A DNA stretch of 64,000 nt from the human T2T-CHM13v2.0 reference genome, Homo sapiens: the NCBI RefSeq assembly GCF_009914755.1, contig NC_060934.1; one strand, written 5' to 3'. Shown one piece after another: positions 11,701 through 32,315 of the stretch. The notes beneath the pieces were generated by a model. It searched no databases, was not told the origin of the DNA, and was given only the letters and a program-made list of their open reading frames with translations. The position numbers were made by a program, and so were the translations under genes. The first letter of the stretch is position 1. Each line of letters begins with the position of its first letter.

Positions 11701-14234
11701 GAGAAAAATTTTCAGTCAAGTCCAGGAGTGTTAGAGCTCTCATTAGCATACCTTTGTGGGCTTGGTACAAGTATGAGATTAAAGAGTATTGATAACAAAA
11801 GGCTTATACATGAACTCTCTCTTAGGGCAGACTGTTATCAAAGATAGAAGTTGCAGAAGGCCTGCTGGACTGAAGGTCATTTCACTTTTTCTGTAACTTT
11901 TCCAGCATGACAAGTTCTGTGCAAAGCTTATAACCTGAATCACAAAAAAACAAAACAAAACAAAAAAAACACCTACTTCATTTAACACTGGTCGTTCTAC
12001 AGCAAAGAGATTAGTAATATATGCTGGACATCAGTGTGGGCTGTGGATAGCAATGGGCAATATTTCCACCAATTTCAGAACAGAAAACTAATCAATTTTT
12101 ATGAGTGCTCATAAAAAGAATGCAAAATTTTAGATTTACTAAATGTGAGTAGTAACTAATACAGCAAGACTGCTATGCAACTATTAAAAATCACACTGAA
12201 AATAATTTAATGACATGCAAAAATTGCCAAATATTAAGTAATTTTAAGTTTATAAAACAATACGATCCCATTTGTAAACATTACATATGTTTACTTTATA
12301 TACATCATATACTTTATATATATTACATATTAAAGACTGTAAGTACAGGAAAATGTTAAGAGGTAATTATCTGGTGATTATGGGTGGTTTTGTTTTCATT
12401 GTTTTGTCTCTTGGTATTTTCTATCATAGGCATGCATCACTTTTGAAATGGGGAAATAAAATGTTTTCCTTCCTCTTGGAGAATATAGACTACAGCATGA
12501 AGTTAAACAATGGACCATGGAGACAAAGGAAGCAATAAAGAAACCAACCAACCCATTCCCTTTTTTTCCCTAGTAAAATCTAAGCTGTCTAGGACACATT
12601 TTAAAGAAGGCCATAAAAGCCGCTTAATTCCTTGCAGAGTTTGATCAGAGACAGGCCTGCAAAGTTCCAACTGAAGTATTAAAGACACAAGTTCCTTCAG
12701 ATAGGGCATTTAGTAATGCATCTTAAATTTCTCTCTGCTGCTACAGAGGGAGAAAGATTAAATCATGATATTAAACAAGGTTTTTTTAGTGCATTTATGT
12801 TAGAATTCTTGGTTGCAAGCAAACACCAAATCTAGTTAAGGTAGGAAAAGAGGGGAAAAAGAGACAAAAAGTAAATTCACTGGAAGACAGCAAGAAAAGC
12901 TGCAGACCCAGGATCAGGATGGCCAGGAATCAGGGCATCTCTGCGTATCTAGGTAGCAGGAGCTACCGAACAATCTCTTCAGGGCATCACCATTGAGATG
13001 GATGGACTGCAACTACTTTAGGTCTTGTGTTGCTCCACTCAGGAGCCAATTTCTGAAAGACAGCTATATAATAACTTTATCCTTTCATCTGAAGGGATAC
13101 TTAACTGGGAATCTTAAAAAAAAACATTCACAAAGAGAGAAGAGTAGTTCTCCAAAATAAAATCAAGGTGCTATAGCTGATGAGCCAATAAAAACAACAA
13201 ATACCCACTAGTGACCTTCCATTGGATTTCCTTCTCCCACCTTTCTCCCTTGCAGTGGGGAGGCCTCTTGACTGGCCCTGTGGTCTCCTCCAGACTTCCC
13301 CAGCCATCTTCCCCATCATAAAAAGGAGCCATGCTACGGCCCATTCAGAGTCCTGCTCAGTGACTCACAATCTAGACAGATGAGATTATTTTAACCAGGG
13401 TTTTGGTAGACAACAATGGCATAATGTGTCACCTTTCCTAGTCTACATTTGAGGGTCCATAACTGAACAATAATGGGGTGAGAATTGAGAAGATTCCAAG
13501 CGCCCATCAAAACAACTGACTCCTACAGACAGGAACAAGACTCAATACTCCCCTGGGGTGAGATGAAGATACAGTCACTGTGAATATTTTAACTTGTGCA
13601 CATATTTTATTTCTGTCTGGAATGATCCTCTCATGAATCCAATTAGATAGGATAAGCTAACTGTTCTTCTCCACACTACACCCCCGAAAATTTACTCATG
13701 TAAACATACTCTACCCATTTTACAGAGGAGGAAACAGACACCAATTTTCAGAACACATAAGGGTGGTTAAAAGTGAGCATGATTCAGCAATGGTATTCAA
13801 GGATGTAAGCCCAAGTCTCCAGACTCCTAGACAAGAGCTTTTGCCTCTCACCAAATTATAATTGTCTACATCATCTTGACCTGAACCTTGGCATGGCAGC
13901 CTCTGAGGATATGAAAGTCTATGCGTTCACTCCTTACTAGCAATTGATGGAGCAAAGCTATGTCCTCTGTCTCTTAACACCCCATCACAGAGGGAAAAAC
14001 TAATCAGCACAAAGTAAAGGCAGCTGATGAATAATTGTATTCAAGCTGGAAGAATACTTCTCCCAAAACCCTAACTCCTAAATCATTAAGCAATAATCAC
14101 TAGCATCACAATTGTTCTTAATATTTTACTTATGCAGTCTTAGAAGGCATGGTGCTAATTTCATATACTTTGTGCTAAGGGCCATATTCTTTCATTATTT
14201 AACTCTTAGAGTAATTAAAGATTAAATAACTTCT

Positions 14235-14566
<332 letters not shown>

Positions 14567-14569
14567 TTA

Positions 14570-15830
14570 TATATAGCATCCAGATTGTCATCTCTAAATA
14601 ACATTTCTTGCTGAAAGAAACTGGAAATCCTTGGAGAAACAGCTGGTTCTGGGTCTGGGGCAGGAATTACATGAACTAAGCTGGGAATATTTTATTATGC
14701 CAGAAGTCAAAAAAGTCATCAAAATTAGGAAGACAGTATCTAAAGAACTAGAGCGCTTCCCACTAACCGAAGATTATTTAACTTTAGCATCAATTTAAAA
14801 AATAACTGCAATGGGTTGAAGCAAATCAAATATGCTTAAATCCATGATGTCATAATGATACTTTTTAAAAAGATGGTAGGGAACCAATTTGTTATTCTTA
14901 AAATTGGTTTAAAAAAAGGAGAGGAGTAGGAATCAAGAAGTCAAGGATATACTCTGCTTTTCCTGCATGCATGTACAGCAGGAAAGCCAAATAGTTGATG
15001 AGGGACAGTTTCTCATGATAAAAGTATTCCAGCTAATAAATGAGGAAGAAATGACAAACTTGAATCTAAATATTTTGCAATCCCTGATGAAATGATGGAT
15101 CTAGAAAAAGATCATCAATAGCTGATTAAGTCACCAATAGAGAAAAAGAGAGACAACAAGATACTGCAGCCTCTGAACCACGTACACAACCGCATACTGC
15201 AACCTCTGAACCATCTGTACAACATTCTCAACTTTACCAAAAAGCGAAACCTAAATCGGATCAGCCTCTAGATCTAAGTGCCTGTTCATAGGAAATACAA
15301 AAGACAACTGAATATGTATGTTAAGGACAACATGGGGGTACAGAAGGCAAAATTTAGACTGTGAGATAGTAAGACCAATGATCCAGTTTGTTTAAAAAAC
15401 ATGTTAGAACTGAAGAGAAAGAAGAAGAAGTAGGAAGGGGGAGGTGGTGAGGGGGAGACAAGAACAAGAGCAAGAATGGATTAGGGAGGGGAGAGAAGGG
15501 CAGAGGCAAAGGGAGAAATGGCCAGGGAAAGGGAGGGCAGAGGAGAGGAAAGGTGAGAAGAGGCTGCAGATTAAAAGAGGCTTAAGAGACAGGTCAAACC
15601 ACTGTATGTTGTAGGCTCAGAACCAACATTATTTGGAAACTGATTCAAACAAAAACAAAAAATTTACGAAATGGGGGAAATTTTAACACTGACTAGATAT
15701 ATAACAATGTTCAGGGATTGTTTAAAATATAATAATGGTATTGTGATTATACTTTTTAAAGAAATTTTTATGTTTTAGAGACGCATTCTGAAACACAGAT
15801 TTAAAAAAAGAAATGGTATATTAATAAAAA
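14570..15830 (+). mobile_element. Old, degraded L1ME-like 3' region containing a purine-rich tract (~15410-15560)
   Basis: Motifs resembling ancient L1M 3' UTRs (ataatggtattgtgattatac, ttttagagacgcattctgaa); boundaries approximate. Confidence 0.45.
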
Positions 15831-15844
15831 TTGCAAACATCAAA

Positions 15845-15925
15845 TGGTTGGATGGATGGACAGATCAATGGATGGATGGTTGGTTGGACAGTTAGCAGAA
15901 CAGATGGGAGGACAGATGGATGGAC
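15845..15925 (+). repeat. Degenerate (GGAT/GGTT)n microsatellite
   Basis: tggatggatggacag...tggatggatggttggttgg. Confidence 0.7.
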
Positions 15926-18900
15926 ATAAGCTTTGTTCTTGAAAATGCTAGTTGACAGGAGATAGGTAGGTAAGGAGCACTATAGCAGATACTGCAGAAC
16001 ACTCCAGTCAACACCCATTTCAAATTCTAGTGTACAGAGAAGCTGGACCCCCATTTGCCTAGAGTTCCAGATAGAGTTTAGGTTCTGCCTTTCAGATGCA
16101 TTGGCATGATACTTTGATTCAGAACTGAGCCAGTTGGGGAGTGAATCAGGGCATGGGCCATCCATTTTCATGGTTTGGATCATGGCAGCACAGCTCTGAA
16201 CTGGTAGTTTGGTGGCTGTTTCCAGATGCTGCAGCCTGCTTCCTTGCTGTGTGAACATGGTCAAGGTAGCCCACCACTAAGAAGCTCAATTCTGCAATTT
16301 AAGCTGGGGAGTTGTTCCTGGGGGCTCAGCTTCAACTCTCTGACTTCAGCCTTCACAATAATACTGCAAGTTATCTCAATCCCTTAATAAATCCTTTTCT
16401 TTTTAAGTTCCCTAGAGTGGATTCTGTTATCTCCAACTAAGAACATGGCCAAGCTGAATCTCACAGAAGTGAGTGTTGGACCTCACTGTAAAGAATACAT
16501 GCATTCTAATCAACTGGACTCTGTGTATGCACGTTGCCTCTGGGAACATTTTTAAAGTTAAAAGTAGTGTGCAGTCTGCCATAATGCATTTTTATTGGAT
16601 CCAAAAAGAAATTTGTTTTCAGTACACAGGGATGCTATGGTGGTACTTTACTACTTCATGGGTTTTTCATAAGACTGAAAAATCTCTTTGACCCCCAAAG
16701 CAGTCTCATCACAAGTTAACTGTAGATTCACCTTTCCAATGGTCTCTATTCTACTTTGAACTCAACCTGCAAGCAAGAGAGGAGGAGCATCTTTTGTTCT
16801 GAGCTGAAATGAATGTTTCTTATTTAACCCCTTATGCATCCATCATATATTAAGCCTGAAAGCCTGAGACTGCAACTAAAGATGGCCCAGTGTGGTGCAG
16901 ATCCCTGGTTGATTCTGTGAGGGAGTTCTCGGCTCTGACCAAAGTGGCAGGGCTTGGAAGAAAATAGAGCATAACAAGAGAGCACATCATTGCCCTCCTT
17001 CCCCCAGGAAATTTACAAAGCCCGTGATCCCAGCAAAGAGTAACAGGTAGATGCTGACAATCTTCTGCTTTTCTCAGACAGCAGGGCAGATAAAACTACT
17101 CCAGGATTACAGAGTTTCTTCCCTCAAATTTACCCCAGTTCTGCCTTCAAAACAAAGGAAAAAGATAAAGGGAAGCATTGTGGATATGAAAAGAACTGGG
17201 ATTTAAATCTAAAGTTTAAGATGTGTATGTTTGCATGTTTGTTTGTTTGTTTTCAGTGACCTTAATTTCCCTGAGCTTCATTCATTTCCTTATATATACA
17301 TAAAAAAAAGCACAGAGACTAACAAGAACCTACCTACCTTGTTAAAAGATCACATAGATAATATGTTTTTTAAACTCCTCTGTTCACTCTATAACAGGAA
17401 GCAAATTAGTTATTTTTTGAATTATGGACTAATTAATTCTGGATGCCCCAAGAGTGGCAGGTTGTGTGCATTTTAAACTCTATAGCACAGTTACCTTTTC
17501 CTGGTATATTCCTCACACTTGGTTCTAAAGATATCCCCATTGAACTTTGATAAATTCAACCTTAAGTGAAAAAAACTATCTTTTGCTATTTTTGACACAT
17601 CCAGAGAGTTTAAATTCTGGATAAAATTAGAATTGCAAAATGTCCCTATTTCTCCACTGTTAGATAAACACTGGGGGGCTGTAGAACCTTTTTCAGAGTC
17701 TTTGGAAATTATTCTCTGATGATTTATCTTTTTCTAAAACCACAGATAAGAATTTATTTCATTTGGCAATGACAAATTTGACCTGTGTGCTATACAAGAT
17801 TACAAAGGCAGATTGGGAGAAAGCAGGATGCAGTTGCATTTATCATTATTTCAGGGACAGGGTGGAAATATCTTCTGATGTAATGCTTGCCCTCTATATA
17901 AATCCCAGATGGTTCATATCTCCCACCTGTGCTGTGCACCTGTGGAAAAAAAAAATACCACACTGTCCTTTGATAGAACTTGAAAAAGAAAGGACCAAGA
18001 GAAGCAGAAAGCAAATGATAACATCAAAGTCCACCCTGACTCAATCGATGCTCCCTCAGGCCAATGTGAGGAAGGAGGGAGGAGAGTCTGAGAGGAGCTT
18101 GGCGTGGAGGCATATGGTCTTTCTTATATTGGGCAGAATCAAACCTGAGGAGGAAACCCACCAGGTAAGAATTGTTCTCTTTCCTGGAGCAAACTCACTG
18201 GCAACCATTCAGAGAATCCCCCCATTAGATCAGCCAAGAAGTAAAAGGGGAGGGGAACCAGACCTTCCCAATGCCAGGAAGTGAATGTACAGCATTTCTC
18301 ACATTCTCTCTTGCTGCAATGGTCTAACTCCTTCCCAAGGACAATCCACTCTAGAACCAGGAAGAAAAAGAAAAAGTTATTGCTCATGTATATCTACCTG
18401 GAGGTATAATGCCTGCAGGAGGACTTAACATCTTGGATTTATCACTGATGTGGGATGGTTATAAGAGCCAGGAGACATCTGAAATACCAGGCTCAATGGT
18501 GCAGTCAATGAAATAAAAGTAGGTGATGTAGGAAGTATGTGACGTTACCTCAACTTTGTGGAGACCAAGACATCTGAACTGGAGGCTGACACAGGGGTTG
18601 GATCCTAAGAGGCTGAGGTTAGGGCAGGAAGTTCCCACCTGAGCTAAGTGGGTTCCCTAAGAGTCAAAGGGGCCAGCTCAGGAAAGTCTGTGAGAGAAAG
18701 GCAGAGCTCGATGACAAGGGGGAAACCATGAGGAATTTTGAGCTTGCAAGAGCCAAAGGCAGGATCCAACTCAGATTTCAGAGCCAAGATGAGGCCAGGC
18801 CAGGATGGAATCTAAGCTAAAGCAGATAAGGCACAAGTCCAAAGAGGTTGGCGGTCTTGGCCCCAGGTCACCTACAGGTAGTATTTGTGACTCCATTTTA

Positions 18901-19383
18901 TTAGTAGTCTGTAGATTAGAGAGATCTGTGTGGGTTGGGCTGGCTTATCCAGCCAGAACAAGAAAGATGATCATTAAAACAACAACAATTTATTGAGCTC
19001 TTACTATGTAGATACTTATCAAGTGAGGGCAAGAAGGACAGTCATCTTTTTAAATAATAAAAAATAAAATGCAATTAACTTACTGAACTTATTATGCTCC
19101 AGTCACTGTTCTGAGGCTATTACAAGAATTACTTCATTTAATATTCACTGTAACCCTGTGAGGGTGGTACTATTCCTATCCTCATTTTACATTTGAATTA
19201 AAAAATAAAAAACTAAGTCATAGAGAAGTCAATCAAAGAGCTGATAGTTGGAGGTCATATAGCCTGTAAGAGATCAAGCTGGATTCAAAATAGATCATCT
19301 GCCCTCAGAGTTCTCTAGCTTAACCATCAGCTACATTATGCAACATAAGCATCTGCCTTCTACTGGTATCAATATATTCATGT

Positions 19384-19696
<313 letters not shown>

Positions 19697-19854
19697 TAAC
19701 AAAAAGATAATACATGTCAATTTGTGAAAGCCATAAAGCTGTTGTAAGAAGAAATCAAACCTTTTGTCTCAGTGATTGTGAGAAGAGGTAAGGATTCTGA
19801 AGTCATCTAGGCCAACCCCCTTGTCACAGAGATAGTTACTCACCCTAGGTCACT

Positions 19855-20256
19855 GTGGTGGAGTCTTGCAGTGCCCATTCATATCTGGTTCTCCATTCCT
19901 TTATGGGCATATGGGAAGATTATACTTTCCAGTCTCCTGGTACTGGCAAATGGGCTATGAGTGGCAGTGACATGCATCACTTCTGGAATGAAGCATTTAG
20001 TGCTGAGGCATTTGAGAGGGGGTGTGTGTTCTGCATGCTCTCCCTTCCTCTGCCTTGGTGACCCTGAGTGTCACGTGTCCCAGATGACAGGTTACAAGTT
20101 CCTTGAGATATCTCTTGGAAGCAACTGACCTCCAAGAGTTGCCAGACCAAGAATGGGTTTTGCATAAACAAGAAATAAATGTTTACATATTAAGCAACTA
20201 AGATTCAGGAGATTTATTTGTTACCACAGCAAGCTTCCTGCCCATCCTAACTAACA
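19855..20256 (+). mobile_element. MaLR LTR (MLT1-type)
   Basis: Starts tgtggt, ends aataaa...ttgttaccacagca...cctaactaaca, typical of MLT1. Confidence 0.65.
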
Positions 20257-21882
20257 CGCTTATAATGCCAGCTTATTAAGATGACTTCTTAGCTAAATTA
20301 TAAATCTTACTTTTAAATTATTTCAGTCCAATAAACATCTCAATCAAATGATTTTATTTCTACTTTTCAAAACATATTAAAATCCCTCTAATTCGGAGAT
20401 AAAATTTCATGCAACCTCAAATACAAAACATAGCTAAAAACATAGAGGAAATATAAAAGGCTTATAGGTTACAAAAATTCATGACATAAAGTCCACGTAT
20501 TTTACACTACGGGAGAGTCTTCATTAAGATAGAGGTAACTTTAATTTACATACAATTCTAACCACCTGTCCTTTTTCTTTCGATCACAGAAAATTAACAC
20601 AGGTTTCTAGAAGCAGACACACAGGTAGTAAAAGTGATAGCTTAAAGAGACTCAAGTGAAAATTACTCTGTGCAGGACAATAATTAGTGGTCATAGTGAC
20701 AATTTGAGTCTTTTAACAACCTCTAAAACAGCAAAATCTGAAACCCGTTTAAAAGACTTTTTTCTTCTAATTTTGAGGTTTAAAAGAACTCCAAGTTCTA
20801 AAGCTACCCATAATATGAAGAGGGAGACAAAGAGACAACTAGACTAATCCATCTCAAAATGTAACAGTGTTTTGTTAGCATGGTATTTAGGGAACTCTTT
20901 ACTTAACCATATTTAAATTTTTTCTGCAATGATAATGTATTACTTTTGTGATACAAAGATAATTTTTTTTAAAGGGTTGAATTCTGGTGTACATAAAAGT
21001 CACATGGAGTGAATAATTCCCCAGATAGGCTAAAAAAAGGAAGTGTCAACTCTACTAGCCTATTCTTATGCATCATCAAATGAAGAATAACCACTGCTAA
21101 AAATAGTTTCTGTTTCTTTTCTTAAACATATGAGGAGGACTGTGCTAACCTCAGATTCTATCTCGGGTGAGCTCAGAAGTCAGTGGTCTGGGTACGTGGG
21201 ACTTTTAGAAGTAAAGACTCATCAACCAATTCATTCAGGACTAATGGAACAGAACAAGTTCTACTGCTTATTCATGTCACTAATCAGAGAACAGGCTGAG
21301 CTACCTATTCATACCCAGATGAGCTGAACCTTGGATGCACCATAAGAGATAAAGATTCTTCTGAATAGGATAATTAACATGGTGTTTACAGAAGGGATTT
21401 GATAAAACCAGGTTGCATGGAGCTGTGACCAAGTTGTTGCCTCATAAATGAGTCCAAAGTTCAAGATAATCTTGAAGACTAGTATTTTTTCCATTCCAAT
21501 GTGTTGGTTCTATGACTGATATATTCAAAATATGTAAATACTGGTTCAGCCTGGGCACTGATCAATCAGAGAAGATGCAAGAGTACACACGTGGTAGACC
21601 TGTGTGGATGTATTCCTGCTGAACTTCAGCTTTGGTGAGCTTCTCTTTAAAATGTGGAGTTATGCATTGGCTGAGGGGTTTCTTCCTTCCAAGTCCCAAT
21701 TATTGAGTTATAAGCCTTATAAATAGAATGAGTAGTCATTTTTTAAAACCTTCAATTTCATCATCTCACACTGCTGAAAAACTACTTCAATCCATCATAA
21801 GGGGGACATGCCACCCATAGCACTTATATGTTGCATCTGAAGAGTACCACTAGAGGGAAAACCATCAGAAAACTGGCAGGAT

Positions 21883-22215
21883 GGCCAGGTGAGGTGGCTC
21901 GCACCTGTAATCCCAGTGCTTTGGGGGGCCAAGGCAGAAGGAGCACTTGAAGCCAGGAGTTCAAGTTCAAGACTAGCCTGGGCCACATAGCAAGACATTG
22001 ACTTTACAAAAAAAACAAAAATTATCTGGGCATGGTAGCATGTGCTTATAGTCAAAGCTACTTGGGAGGCTGAGGAGGGAGGACTGCTTAAGCCCAAGAG
22101 TTTGAGACCTCAGTGAGATATGATCATGACACTACACTCCAGCCCTGACAACAGAGTGAGACCCCATCTCTAAGTTGGAAAAATAAAATTAAATAAAATT
22201 AAAATAAAATAAAAA
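21883..22215 (+). mobile_element. Alu (AluJ-type)
   Basis: Diverged Alu with AluJ-type ggaggactgcttaagcccaagagtttgag and an A-rich tail. Confidence 0.9.
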
Positions 22216-23606
22216 GGAAAGCTGACATGACATCTTTCAGACCTGCCAGCATGGCTGGGTGTGAATGCTTCCAACCAAAGCACAATTGCTGCCCTAATAA
22301 AACTGAATTACATGACAAAGGAAGAAAACAGTTTAGGCAGGTTATAAGCTGAATTATCCTTGAAAGCCCTTTGGAGGGAGAGAAAACAAACCTAATTTGT
22401 AGAAGAGGAAAGTGAGACCATAAGCAATGCTTAAAATTGTGCCCAGGAGGGAGGCTGCCTACATCACACTCATATTTAAGGCAGAAGTAAGTAAGTGGGC
22501 ATATTTATCAAGTGCTCTCCTAAGTGCTGAGTGCTTTACAACAGGTAAGTATGTGAGGGAAACTTACAGATGTCTGCAAGAGAATGGCACAGAGATGGCC
22601 AAATAGGAAGAGCTCCAGTCTACAGCTCCCAGTATGAGAGATGCAGAAGATGGGTGATTTCTGCATTTCCAACTGAGATACTGGGTTCATCTCACTGGGG
22701 AGTGTCGGACAGTGGGTGCAGGACAGTGGGTGCAGCACACCGAGCGTGAGCCGAAGCAGGACGAGGCATCACCTCACCCGGGAAGTGCAAGGGGTCAGGG
22801 AATTCCCTTTACTAGTCAAAGAAAGGGGTGACAGATGGCACCTGGAAGATCAGGTCACTCCCACCCTAATACTGTGCTTTTCCAGTGGTCTTAGCAAACG
22901 GCACACCAGGAGATTATGTCCCGTGCATGGCCCAGAGGGTCCTATGCCCACGGAGCCTCGCTCATTGCTAGCACGGCAGTCTGAGATCAAACTACAAGGC
23001 AGCAGTGAGGCTGGGGGAGGGGCGGCCGCAATCGCTGAGGCTTGAGTAGGTAAACAAAGCAGCCAGGAAGCTCAAACTGGGTGGATCCCACCACAGCTCA
23101 AGGAGGCCTGCCTGTCTCTGTAGACTCCACCTCTGGGGGCACGGCATAGCGAAACAAAAGGCAGCAGAAACCTCTGCAGACTTAAGTGTCCCTGTCTGAC
23201 AGCTTTGAAGAGAATAGTGGTTCTCCCAGCACACAGCTTGAGATCTGAGAATGGATAGACTGCCTCCTCAAGTGGGTCCCTGACCCCCGAGTAGCCTAAC
23301 TGGGAGGCACCCCCCAGTAGGGGCAGACTGACACCTCACATGGCCGGGTACTCCTCTGAGACAAAACTTCCAGAGGAACGATCACGCAGCAACATTTGCT
23401 GTTCACCAGTATCTGCTGTTCTGCAGACTCCGCTGCTGATACCCAGGCAAACAGGGTCTGGAGTGGACCTCCAGCAAACTCCAACAGACCTGCAGCTGAG
23501 GGTCCTGACTGTTAGAAGGGAAACTAACAAACAGAAAGGACATCCACACAAAACTCCATCTGTACATCACCATCATCAAAGACCAAAGGTAGATAAAACC
23601 ACAAAG

Positions 23607-24623
23607 ATGGGGAAAAAACAGAGCAGAAAAACTGGAAACTCTAAAAAGCAGAGCGCCTCTCCTCCTCCAAAGGAATGCAGCTCCTCAGCAGCAATGGAAC
23701 AAAGCTGGATGGAGAATGACTTTGACGAGCTGAGAGAAGAAGGCTTCAGACGATCAAACTACTCCGAGCTAATGGAGGAAGTTCGAACCCATGGCAAAGA
23801 AGTTAAAAACCTTGAAAAAAAATTAGACGAATGGCTAACTAGAATAACCAATGCAGAGAAGTCCTTAAAGGACCCAATGGAGCTGAAAACCATGGCACGA
23901 GAACTATGTGATGAATGCACAAGCCTCAGTAACTGATGCAATCAACTGGAAGAAAGGGTATCAGTGATGGAAGATCAAATGAATGAAATGAAGCGAGAAG
24001 AGAAGCTTAGAGAAAAAAGAATAAAAAGAAACAAACAAAGCCTCCAAGAAATAAGGGACTATGTGAAAAGACCAAACCTACATCTGATTGGTGTACCTGA
24101 AAGTGACGGGGAGAAGGGAACCAAGTTGGAAAACACTCTGCAGGATATTATCCAGGAGAACTTCCCCAATCTAGCAAGGCAGGCCAACATTCAAATTCAG
24201 GAAATACAGAGAATGCCACAAAGATACTCCTTGAGAACGGCAACTCCAAGACAAATAATTGTCAGATTCACCAAAGTTGAAATGAAGGAAAAAATGTTAA
24301 TGGCAGCCAGAGAGAAAGGTCGGGTTACCCACAAAGGGAAGCCCATCAGACTAACAGCTGATCTTTTGGCAGAAACTCTACAAGCCAGAAGAGAGTGGGG
24401 GCCAATATTCAACATTCCTAAAGAAAAGAATTTTCAACCCAGAACTTCATATCCAGCCAAACTAAGCTTCATAAGTGAAGGAGAAATAAAATACTTTACA
24501 GACAAGCAAATGCTGAGAGATTTTGTCACCACCAGGCCTGCCCTGAAAGAGCTCCTGAAGGAAGCACTAAACATGGAAAGGAACAACCGCTACCAGCCAC
24601 TGCAAAAACATGCCAAATTGTAA
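23607..24623 (+). pseudogene. L1 ORF1p (338 codons) with a premature stop
   Basis: MGKKQSRKTGNSK...QPLQKHAKL in one frame; in-frame TGA at 23934-23936 (CGA>TGA). Confidence 0.95.
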
Positions 24624-24686
24624 AGACCATCCAGGCTAGGAAGAAACTGCATCAACTAATGAGCAAAATTACCAGCTAATATCATA

Positions 24687-30979
<6,293 letters not shown>

Positions 30980-31794
30980 ACAATGAGAACACATGGACAC
31001 AGGAAGGGGAATATCACACACCAGGGCCTGTTGTGGGTTGGTGGGGAGGGATAGCATTAGGAGATATACCTAATGTTAAATGACAAGTTATTGGGTGCAG
31101 CACACCAACGTGGCACATGTATACATATGTAACAAACCTGCACGTTGGGCGCATGTATCCTTAAACTTAAAGTATAATAAAAAAAAATTAAACATAAAAA
31201 AAAGAGAACAGCACAGATGTGATGATCAATAACAATGGGTGTGGATGAGACAATAGGAACCCCTGCCAGACTGTCACAGTCAGAAAATATGTGCCCCATC
31301 TAAAGGGAACTGTCACTACTCATTGGTGCCATGAGAAAATGCAGGCCCAATGTTGACGGATCCTCCCATTTCTTTTAATGACAAGTCAGTAATGCAGGTG
31401 TTTATCTCAAATTTCTTGATTTTCAAATGTCGGCCAACAATTCCTAAAAAAGAAACCCAAACATGTTTATCGCTCTTCAGATCAACACTATGCAGGACAA
31501 AATGAAAATAGGTTGTCCACAAGTTGCAACCTCTGATTTAATCCATTCTTTCATTCACAAATACTTTCCGAGCATCTATGGAGTACCAGACACTGTGCTA
31601 GAACAAAAGGATACAATTCATAAGATGAAGTTCCTGCCCTAAAAATATTACAATCAAATGTCAAAATAGAGATGATGTCCAAGTAATTACAGTATTGAAC
31701 TGTGAGTACCTCTGGGGTATGTAAGAGGAAACCCTAACCCAGACTTGAAGAGGATCAGAAATAGCTTTGACAGGTGGAGATCAGAAAGGTAGCT

Positions 31795-32315
31795 GTTAAC
31801 TTAGTGCAACTCTGGCTGCATAACAAACCACCCCAAAACGTAATAGTTTAAAATAACAACAATGTGTTATCTCATAATCTTGTGCATTAACAATTTGGGC
31901 TGGGCCCGGCTAGATAGCTCTGACTTGAGACTTTCTAATCCATCAACCAACAGAGAGCTGCTGGGTTGGTTGGGTGTTGTGTGGGGACTGTGGTTTGGGA
32001 TAGCCTCAGCTTGGACCACTTGTCTCTCCTCCACATCATCTCTCATTCTCCAGCAGGCTAGCCCAGGTTTGTTCACATGGCAGCTGAACAAGCTTCCAAG
32101 AGAATGAGTGAAAACATGCAAGCCTTTTGATGCTGAGGCTCAGAACTGGCACAATGAACTTCCTCTGCATTCCCTGTTACCAAAATAAGCAAGTCCCAGA
32201 ACCAGCCCAGATTCAAGGGGAGGGGAAATTGTCTCCACCTAGTGATGGGAAGTCACACTGAAAGGTGTGGTCACAGGGGTGGGTGAAGGACTGTGGCTAT
32301 TTTGGTAATGTACTT
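31795..32315 (-). mobile_element. MaLR LTR (MLT1-type)
   Basis: gctgcataacaaaccaccccaaaac...gccagcccagattcaaggggagggg, reverse MLT1 motifs; boundaries approximate. Confidence 0.65.

Noticed and set aside
17763-18284. 173-aa ORF in non-repeat sequence
   Set aside because: No recognisable homology or exon structure; consistent with a chance ORF.
22816-23234. L1 antisense ORF0, and the track ORF 22992..23234
   Set aside because: The ORF0 start (plus-strand CAT in cgccattg) reads AAT at ~23030, so the ATG is lost. The track ORF is a generic antisense reading of the L1 5'UTR.
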